DNA of 64,000 bases from the human T2T-CHM13v2.0 reference genome, Homo sapiens. Shown piece by piece: positions 45,127 to 55,292 of the stretch (the first letter of the stretch is position 1; each line of letters starts with the position of its first letter). The stretch lies in the NCBI RefSeq assembly GCF_009914755.1, contig NC_060925.1; one strand, written 5' to 3'. The position numbers and the translations under genes were made by a program. A model generated the notes under the pieces. That model saw nothing but the letters and a program-made list of their open reading frames with translations, did not search any database and was not told where the DNA came from.

Positions 45127-47381
45127 TTAGGAAAAACTGGCTCACTCTATGGACAGAAATAAAGGTTAGTCTCCAGACTTTATACTCCATATACAGTCTC
45201 AGTGTATTAAAGACCTAGACATGAGATGGAAAATTATAAAGCTAATGAAAGAAAAATATAAAAAAGTATCTTCATAACCTATGAGTAGCTCTACCTATAG
45301 GTCATGATGATACTTTTCTATATTTTCTTTCATTACCCATAAGTAGGGAATTCAAATGCAATTCAAATGGCGAAACATTGATGGATTCCATTGCATTAAA
45401 ATTAAGAATTTTTTTTGCCAACAATAAAGGACACCATCAGCAAGGATACCAAATAGGCGACAGAGTGGAGGAAGTATTTGTGATATCTAAAAATGACAAG
45501 GGATTGATATCTAGCGCATGCAAGGAATTATTGCAAAGCTACAAGAAAAAGACAGGAAATAATAGAAATATGGTCAAAGGATGTGAATAGGCAGTTCACA
45601 GAAGGGAAAACCCAAATGACTAACAAGTAATGAAGAGGTGCTCAAACCCACGGATATTCAGAGAAATGCAAATGAAATGACACCGGGCTCCACTTCACAC
45701 CCATCAGATCGGCCCAAATCAGAACATTGGCTAATCACGAGTGTGGGGGCAAGAGAGTGGTAGAAACCCTATAGTCCTGACAGTGGTGGCATCACTGGGG
45801 TGGTCATCCTGGAGAAATTCTCTCTTTTCTTTTTTAAAAACCAGCTTCTACATCAAGAACACAGTCCTGGAGAAATTTCTGGCAGTGTTAGTGAAATAGG
45901 TAAACAAATACTCCCCGATCCAGCAGTCCTACGCCAGAGAAATTCAAACACCTGCAAACGCCACCACATGTTTTATAAGGACACACTGATTGTTGGAGAG
46001 GTGCAGAGGAGGATGAGAACAGGGATTGAGGAAAAAAATCAGGCCAGAGAGGAACCTTGTACAGCAAGATCTGTGCAGTATGATTCACTCAACTCTCTGT
46101 ACCTGAGGTCCAAAATATGAGAGTGAGAGAGAAGTTACGAAAAAAAAAAAAAAAAAAGATTCCATTCAGACCCGCCCCCAAATTTTGAAATACCTAAGGT
46201 TTATTGACAAAAAAGAGGAAGGGGGTGGGAGGAGGAGGGACCAGATGAGGGGAATCACGTTCCTCCCCAGGCCAGAGTGGCCTTGTTTGTAAAGAGGAAA
46301 AGAGGGGAACTCAGGGCCAGTGGGGAAACTGAGGCCAGAGTTCATAGGATATATGGTGGAAAGGCAGCTGTTGCTTATGTTTGAGACTTTGTCTAGAAAA
46401 TTGTGGTCCACAGATGGCTCCAGCTGCTACTTGGAGAGACCAGTGAAATGGGGAGGTTTTGGTGGGGTGTGGGTTTTGGAAAGTGGGGGTTGGGGAAGGG
46501 GGACAGAGAGTGGGTTTGGAGGGGTTACGGGTTGGGAGTTAGAAGTGGAGAGACCAGGATCCTGGAAAGGGTAACACTCACTTGGCAGGGCCACGATGAG
46601 GCTGAAAGAATTGAAAAGAATTGAAAGGGAGAATTGAAAGCCCTTTGAAAATACAAAGGGCTGTAAAAGGAAACCCACTGACAAGATCAAACGCCCCCCC
46701 CCCCAGCTGCAGATGTGGGGATTGGGACTCTCACACGCTGCTGGCAGGAGTGTCCAGGGTGCAGCCCCCTGAGAGGAATTTGGCAGGGCCCCGTGAAAAT
46801 GAAAACATGCAAACCCACGGCCTGCCACTGCCCAGCAGTTCTACTTTCCAGGTTTAAGACCTTGAGAAACATTCAACCTTGGGCATTGGGAGACAGATGC
46901 AGGAACGCGCATCTCAGTGTGTGCAGTGGAGCCAAAGTGCAAACACCCCAAAGGCCCATTCCAGGGGAGCGGGGCAGCAAGGTGTGAGACAGGCACCGGG
47001 CAGGCGCAGCACCGAGTAGCAGCAGCAGCAGGTAGAAACAATAAGCGGATCTGAACTCATCAATATGGAAAGTTCTCAGAAACACAGCCGAGGGGAAAAA
47101 AGCAAGGGGCAGGACGGCGCACCTGGTGTTTCATCGTTTGTGTAGATGTAGACGCGTGTATCTAGAATAACACTCTACATTGGTGTGTGGAAGCAGAAAA
47201 CGGACTGGTGAGAAACACCACAAACCCAGAGGAATTGCTCTTTTGGGGGCTGAATCAAGGGGACTACAACTTTGGCTGGGTGTCAAGGATTTCCATTTGA
47301 ATTATAAAAGTATTTGAAGCAAAAAATAATCAACATATGTTTACTGAGAGCCTACTATTTTTTTTTAAATATCTAATTGAA

Positions 47382-47871
<490 letters not shown>

Positions 47872-48390
47872 TTATATATATATATTTGATATCTGTGCAG
47901 CTTCTTAGCTGCTGGGGACCCAGCAGAGAGCAAAACAAAACAGACAAGTTCCCTGCCTTCATGGGAGAAACAGATGATAAACAGATCCAAAGAGAAATTA
48001 TAACAACTGCTATTAAGAAAAGTAAAGTAGCTATTTTGGTTGGGGGCGGGGGGGCGGGGGCGGGGTGCCAGGGATGCCTCTCTGAGGATGTGGCATTTGA
48101 GCAGAGACTGATAAGGGGAAGTGAGTCATGCAGGTATCTGGAGGAAAGGTGATCCAGGCAGAGGGAACTGCCAGTGCGAAGGCCTCAAGGTGGGAGAATG
48201 CTTTGTGTGTTCCAGCAAGGGCGGCCGGGCCAGCGGGCTCAGGGAGGAGTGAGGGCAACCCTGGCTGTTACCACTGGTCAGTTCTGGGTAGTGGAATATG
48301 GATTTTTTATATGATGCTTTAATTTTTTTAATTTATAAAAAAAAAAATCTAAACAAAGATAATGTAGGGTTAAAAAGGTTACTGCTGGGA

Positions 48391-49161
48391 GGCTGGGTGT
48401 AGTGGGGCCTGTAATCCCAGCACTTTTGGAAGCCTAGGTGGGTGGATCGCTTGAGCTCAGAAGTTTGAGACTGGCCTGGGCAACATAGTGAAACCCTTCT
48501 CTACTATTAAAAATAATAAGATAAAGTGTAACTAGAAGAAAACTTAAAAAAAAAAAAAAAGGCTGGGCATGGTGGCTCATGCCTGTAATTCCAGCACTTT
48601 GGGAGGCTACTGAAGTGGGTGGATCACTTTTGAGCTCAGGAGTTTGAGACCAGCCTGGCCAACATGGCGAAACCCCGTCTCTGCTAAAGAAAATGCAAAA
48701 AATTAGCCAGGCATGGTGGTGGGCACCTGTAATCCCAGCTACTTGGGAGGCTGAGGCAGGAGAATCGCTTGAAGCTGGGGGAGGCGGAGGTTGCAGTGAG
48801 CCAAGATCAAGCCATTTCACTCCAGCCTGGGCGACAGATCGAAACTCTGTCTCAACAACAACAACAAAAAAGGCTGGGCATGGTGGCTAACACCTATAAT
48901 CCTAGTACTTTGGAAGGCAGAAGTGGGAGGATCATTTGAGCCTAGGAATTCGAAAACAGCCTGGGTAACATGGCGAAAACCCGTCTCTACAAAAAATACA
49001 TTAGCCAGGCATGGTGGCATGCACCTGTGGTCCCACCTACTCAGGAGGCTGAGGTGGGAAGATCACTTGAGACCAGGAGGTTGAGGCTGCAGCGAGCTGT
49101 GATTGCGCCACTGCACTCCAACCTGGGTGGCAGAGTGAGACCCTGTCTCAAAAAAAAAAAA
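48391..49161 (+). mobile_element. Cluster of three sense Alus
   Basis: Units at 48391-48560, 48561-48870 and 48872-49161. Confidence 0.88.
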
Positions 49162-51886
49162 TGTTACTGCTGTGTGTAAAATACAGCAGTGTGCTTTGCA
49201 GTAGGATGAAAAGGAGAATTTCCTGTCAGGAAAAGGCTCTGCATAAAGGGCAAACTGTGCACCCCTCTACCTGGGCAATCATTCCCACAGGTCAGGCAAG
49301 ACCTGCCTTGTGCCGATAAAGGCAGGGGTTTGGAGTCAAGCCTAGCCCTGCTGTGCCCCACCGCACACATCTGGTGCACCCACCCCACACATCTGCACCC
49401 CACTCCACACAACTTCAGGACAAGAGGGGCACTTGGTCTAATCCAGAGATGACAAAGGCCAGGTGTTTGTGCTGAGGCCAACCCCTTCCCGCCCAGGGCA
49501 CACCGGGCTGCTCCATCCTGCATCCTTTCCTGCAGAGCCCAGGCTCAGAGTCCTTCTCAACACAGAGCCCTAGGCAGCCATCACCAAGTGGAGCTGCATA
49601 TGGGGGGAAACCAGCCTGCTTCCCCTGAAATCCAACTCCTCATGTCACACATGAGGATGCTGAAGCCCAGAGAGGGGTAGGCACTAGCCCAAGGTCACAC
49701 AGGAAGGGGGCTAGAATGGGGATTCCTGAGACTTAGCTAGTCCCACTTGCTGGGTTTAGAAACCAAGGGTCTTCTCCAGAAGGTCTGGGACTGATTCTGG
49801 CGTTGAGTCCTGGGAAGAGGCCACTCAGAACAGGGAGGTTTTAGTGAAGCAAGGGGAGAAGGAGGCCTGGAGGCTCTCTTGGCTTCCTTCCCCAAATTGC
49901 CTGTGGTCCTCTTTGAGTACTGGGAGAGAGGGGGTGCTGCACCCCCAGGCCCTCCTCTTCTTTGGAAGGAGATGGGGACAAGAGCTGGTGTTTCTCAGTG
50001 CCCCCAGCCCACAGCATGGTATGGCCAGCTCAGCCCAAGATGTGGCCCCAGGGAAGGGAGGAGGACCGGTAGGAGGGCCAGATGAAGCAGGCAGTTGTAG
50101 AGCTGTGGCTAACACCAAATGCTGCTTCCTGTTCGTGATTTTAGGACATGAGTCATCAAGGGGCTGGCCCGGCACATTCAGGGCGCTGAGATAAGCAGGA
50201 CTGAGGGACAAGAAAAGGTTACTTGCCCTGGCTGTGGGCCAGCCTTAAGCAGGGAAGGAGTAGGGTTCCCGCTGTCCAAGCAACCCTGTAAGATAGATTC
50301 CCACTGGGACCCTGAGGCCAGGTCAGAAGGAGTTGGCTTTGTGGCTGGCTCTGAAAGCTCACTCCAAAAAGAATATTGCATGGAGACCTCCCCATGGTGG
50401 AAAGAGCCCCTCCCAGCACAACCACAGCTCAGCCTTCCAAACTGCCCTCAGCCACACACAGCACCTGCTGCACCTCAACCCTCTGTACGGTTTCTCAGCA
50501 GGTGCCCCTCAGTCACTGAGGAGTCCATTAAAAAGCCAGATATTAGGCCCTCAACAGACATGGGCGTGGGGCCCAGGACTCTGCATGTTTCACAAGCCTT
50601 CCAGATGATTCTTATGCTGGTTGAAGCTGGAAAGCCACTCCTCCAAAAGATCCACTAGAATGCCCGGTACACAGTAGGTGTTCAATAACTGTCAGTGGAC
50701 AGACCGGCTGTCCTCGCACACGTGGCCTGCCCGTGGCCCTGCCTTCTTCCACCCTCGCTTGCAGGAGTGCAGTCATCCACCTACTGGGGTGGGAGATGTC
50801 AGGGGACCTCTGAGGGCTGTAGACTGAGCTGGGAAGTGAGGAGAGGCTCCAGGGAGTGTCTGGCCAAGAGCTCAGATTCTGCACATGCAGCCCCTGAGTT
50901 GAGGACCTGAGGGCCACAGTTCCATCTCTGCTTGAAGACTGTGTTGTCAACAAGGAGCAAATGGGGACTTTTCTGCGCTGTGGGGCTGGGAGTCTACCAG
51001 ATGCATGGCTTGGGAGTCTGGGTTGGGTATACAGGGCCTAGGAGTGATTGGGCTGGACTGGGTTCCTGAGCCTTGACCCGGACATCCATGTACCCATTCA
51101 TTCATTCATTCATTCATTCTCTCAAGTCTTCATCCCTTCATCGCCTCCTGCGTACCCTTCATCCTGTATTTGGTCCTTATTCACTTCAACTTTATCAAGC
51201 CCCCCGTTAGGTATCTCCTGGGCCAGAACATACAGGAGATGCACAAGAAGGGACTCAATCAAGGGAAATAGAGGGAACCAAGAGCAAGTCCCCCTACCCT
51301 CGGGTATCACACAGTTCAGCAGTGTGAGAGCTCCATGCTGAGAAGAGCCCCTTGGCTATGGAGAGGCCACCAAACCAGGTTTGAACCCGCTGTACCCCGT
51401 ATTAGCTGGATAAGCATACCATAAAGCTTGCCCCCCACCTGGTGCAAGATAAAGTGTGTAAGTCATCTTTCCATAACCGCTAGTATCACAATTACTAAGA
51501 GAGGCGAGGGCCGTGTAAGCAACTAATACCGGAGTAAGTGTTATGCTAATAGTCTGTAGACGTACCATGTTATCCTGCCCAGCTTGCTGGGGTGTGGTCA
51601 AGGGTGGTTTCACAGGAGAGCACGAGTGGAGCTGTGACTGGAAGGACAAGTAGGTGATCACCAAACAAACAAAGAGGAAAACACACCTCAGGCAGAGGAA
51701 CCTGCATGGACAAAAGCGTGGAGGTGGGAACTCAGGGTTGCTCCGAATGCCCAGGGAGTTAGCCTGTAGAGCTGGGGTTCGTGGTGGGGCTCTGCCTGGT
51801 GGGCCAGCTGGGCCAGGACATGAAGGCCTCCAGTGTCTTGTGGAGGAGGCTGAAATCAGTTCTAAAGGCCATGGAGAGCCATGGGC

Positions 51887-52124
51887 TAGGTTGCTTCTCA
51901 ACCTTGGCGTTCTGGACGTTTTGGGCTGGGTAATTCTCTGTGGATGAGGCTGTCCTGAGCGTTGTGGGATGTTTGGCAGAATCCTGGCCTCTACCTGTGA
52001 GATGCCAGCAGCACCTCTCCCTGCCCTCTGCACCCGCGACCACCCAAAATGTCTCCAGACATTGCCAAATGTGCTGGGGTGGGAGAGGGGGTAAAATGAC
52101 CTCTGGGTTGAGAAATCCTGGGCT
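51887..52124. mobile_element. MER20
   Basis: ttctcaaccttggc ... aaaatgtctccagacattgccaaatgt ... ggttgagaa. Confidence 0.82.
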
Positions 52125-54430
52125 AGGAGAGTGGCATGAGTGGCTAATGCTTTGCAGGGCTGGGCCTGACCACTCCACGGAAAGGCAGATTCGGGGACAG
52201 AGCCTGAAGGCCAGAGCCTCATCGGGAGGCCCAGAGCATCATGGGTGGGAGATAGAGCCAGGGCTGGGCTGTGGGGCAGAAGGAGAGAGTCCAGGCCCTC
52301 CACACTGCCTCTGCTGTCACTGAGTTTTACCATATTCCCCAGTGGCAGGTACAATATGGTGAGTGTCAAGATCAATCCCCCCCCCCACCCACACTGAAGA
52401 AAAAGTCCCGGACCACGTGTGCAGGTCATGTGGAGAGACAAACTGGTTCAGCCAGAACTGGCCATCGCCACCTCCAGCCTAAATAAGATGTGGGGTTGGA
52501 GAAGCCAAGAGAGAGGATTTTGGGGAAGGAGTCGCCATTGGGCTGAGTGCCCCCTGCTGCCCTTTGGAGCGGAGAGGGCACTTCCTCTTACCTTGGGCCA
52601 AGCAGGAGGGGATACGAGGGAGCCATCTGGGGGCTTCATATCCCAGGAGTTTAAGGACCATAACACAGGTGGAAGATTCTTGTCTATTTTGTCCACTGCT
52701 GAGTCCCCAGCACTCCAGGGCTGGCACACAGTAGGTGCTTAATAAAGGAGCCTGTGGCTGGATGGACCTGAGCCAGCATTGCTGGAGTGAGCCAGGGTGC
52801 ACGGAGAGTTAGCTGGGCTGCTATTGGTGCGCAGCAAAGGGCAGGCAACCATGGACCCCAGCGAGGAGGCCAGCCTGACCATCTCCATCCCAAAGTGCTT
52901 CCTAGTAGGTAAGGCGGCCTCAGCAGGAGAAGCCAGGAGGACACCATCCTGTAGGAGCTGAAGGGGAGGTGGTGAATTGTGGCCAGCAGGAGGTGCAGGC
53001 ATTTCAGGTGCTGGGGAGCTGTGGCCAGTGGAGTCAGTAAGAAGGTCTCCAAGAAACCTGCACTAGAGCCCCAGAGAGAATGAGCTGGAAACTGTCCCCA
53101 AAGTCCCCAGTGCCAGATGGGTGACAACTTTGGCTGCCATGGAACACTGTGCCCTTTCCTTCCCAAACCCTCACCCCTGGGCCTGACCCTGGAGTCAAGA
53201 ACTGCACTTGGCAGAGTTCAGAGAGAAGTCGCCTGCTCTCAAGCCTGGGTCGGCCTGGAGAAGGGGAGAAGCCCCATGTTGCATAGAGATTAAGCTTGAA
53301 TTCGTTCCCAGGATGGGACCTAAGCCTGGGAGGATCCCCACCTTCAGGAGGTGATGGTGCCATTCACTGGGATAGGGAAACTGGCAGGAGGAGCCGGTTG
53401 TTGAGGGTTGGGGGTGCAGACAGTCTGTTGGACCCATTGGTCTTGAGGTGTGTGTGGGACAACTAGAGAGAACTATTGTCCCCTGCTTCCACGAGGTGAC
53501 ATCTCCCTCCTGCCTTCAGCTCTATTTTAGGGATCAAGGAGTCCTTGGAGCTGCTCCTAGGCATTCTCATAAGGGCCAGAAGAGCTCTGCATGTCTGTCC
53601 AGCGGCTCTGCAGAGTTAAGGCTGTGGGTCATACCAGCCACACCCTCAGCGTGGTCCATGTCACAGAAACATGTGGAAACCAGGTGATTTCCCAGCCTCC
53701 TGGTCAGGAGGTGGGGTTTTCCATCCCCAGGGAGTCACTTCCCAGTTTCTCACTCAGCACTCAGCACCTAGAAGCACCATCCTTGCAGGCTCCACTGTGG
53801 GGCTGGTGGCCGGGAGCAAGGGTCTCTGTACCTCTTCAGGCAGCCTGCAGTGAGGAAACAGGGAACAGAATAGCCTCCTGCCACCCAGCCCACCCCAACC
53901 CTTAGAAATGCCCTATGTGCTGGGGGCTAGGACCCCCGTAATCCAGGGCTGGAGGAATGTGCTCTGGCCCCGCAGGGCTGGCCCTGTATTAGGGCTGGCA
54001 CTCAAAGTGGGGATGGGGGGACAGATTGCAGCTGGAATGGGTGCTCGGTCATGATGTAAATCCTGGGGAAGCCAGCTCTCCTGGGCCTGGTCTCAGCAGC
54101 CCCTCAGGGCCCTGCAGCTTCCCTGGTGACATTCTCTCCCAGCCTCTGTTCATCTGCCCCCTGCCTGGGCAGGAGACTTGAGCAGGGAAGTGCAGAGTCT
54201 TCTCCCTGTGAGAAGGCTGGATGCGTGTTTAAGGATAAATGAACACGCGAAGAGTAGTAACAACAGCCAAGATTTATAAATGCCTATTGTTATATATGTA
54301 GATACTTACTTAAGTATATATAAAGTACAGACTGCATTATGTATATTACATATCTTTAAATTTTTAGAATAGTCCTATGAGGTCAGTTCAGAGATCCAGA
54401 CCCAGGTGGTCTGGCTCTAGAGTCTAAACA

Positions 54431-54739
54431 GGCCGAGTGCAGTGGCTCACACCTATAATCCCAGCACCTTGGGAGGCCAGAGGCGGGAAGATCACTTGAG
54501 GGTGGGAAGAACACGTGAGCTCAGGAGTTCGAGACCAGCCTGGACAACATGGCGAAACCCCATCTCTATAAAGAAATCAGCCTAGCATGGTGGCCCGAGC
54601 CTGTAGTCCCAGCTACTCGGGAGGCTGAGGTGGGAGGATCGCTTGAGCGCAGGAGTTGGAGGCTGCAGTGAGCTATGGGTGAAAGAGTGAGACCTTGTCT
54701 CAAAAAAAATTAAAAAATAAGAATTAAATATATTTAAAA
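54431..54739 (+). mobile_element. AluJ upstream of TNFRSF1B
   Basis: Alu consensus; TSD tagagtctaaa(c/t)a at 54418-54430 and 54740-54752. Confidence 0.9.
54549..54629 (+). CDS. TNFRSF1B: Alu-derived alternative first coding exon of TNFRSF1B (icp75TNFR-type), [27 protein letters not shown]
   Basis: aacATGG Kozak inside an AluJ; phase-0 donor GAG|gtggga; consistent with the recalled Alu-exonised isoform. Confidence 0.65.
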
Positions 54740-54866
54740 TAGAGTCTAAATAAGTGAATGATCTAGAATTCTCTTGGTTCCCCTAAAGCAGCTGTCAACT
54801 TTGGGGGATGTTTTTCCAAATTAGTGCCTCACCCTCACGGGACAGGGAAGCCTGTGGGAGCTGGGA

Positions 54867-54893
54867 GGGCAGGTGGAGGCCGGGCAGGTGGAG
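54867..54893 (+). repeat. TNFRSF1B promoter 15-bp repeat (GCCGGGCAGGTGGAG), two-copy allele ending at -322 from ATG
   Basis: GGGCAGGTGGAG-GCC-GGGCAGGTGGAG seen directly. Confidence 0.8.
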
Positions 54894-55065
54894 ATGGTGA
54901 TTCGAAGAGGAGGGGACGATAGGAGGAGGTTGAGGGGTCACCCGAGTGCTGGGAGTGACGCTGGAGGTATCGGCCCAGCGATGCTGGAGTGGTCGGGTCG
55001 GAGGCCCAGCAGCGTCTGGGGAGGGGCGTGGGGGAGGCGTGTCCAAGGCCGGCTGGCCCCGCCCC

Positions 55066-55161
55066 GCCCCGCCGCCTGGCCTCTGGCCCGCTGGGGCGCG
55101 GGCTTTCGCTTTCAGTCGAGGGCTAGCGAGCGCAGCGGAGCCTGGAGAGAAGGCGCTGGGC
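55066..55161 (+). ncRNA. MIR7846: Annotated miRNA locus MIR7846 (3p arm CAGCGGAGCCUGGAGAGAAGG at 55133-55153) overlapping the TNFRSF1B TSS
   Basis: Mature sequence recognised from memory; may be a TSS-associated small RNA rather than a true miRNA. Confidence 0.5.
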
Positions 55162-55214
55162 TGCGAGGGCGCGAGGGCGCGAGGGCAGGGGGCAACCGGA
55201 CCCCGCCCGCACCC
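55114..55214 (+). other. TNFRSF1B: TNFRSF1B 5'UTR (approximate TSS)
   Basis: GC-rich leader before the ATG; TSS position from recall. Confidence 0.65.
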
Positions 55215-55292
55215 ATGGCGCCCGTCGCCGTCTGGGCCGCGCTGGCCGTCGGACTGGAGCTCTGGGCTGCGGCGCACGCCTTGCCCGCCCAG
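55215..55292 (+). CDS. TNFRSF1B: TNFRSF1B/TNFR2 exon 1 coding part (signal peptide [26 protein letters not shown])
   Basis: cccATGG start; CAG|gtgggt donor; recognised TNFR2 N-terminus. Confidence 0.97.

Noticed and set aside
51356-52441. 361-aa minus-strand ORF as a whole gene
   Set aside because: Most of it runs through MER20 and L2 remnants with no recognisable domain; only the last 70 codons were kept as a finding
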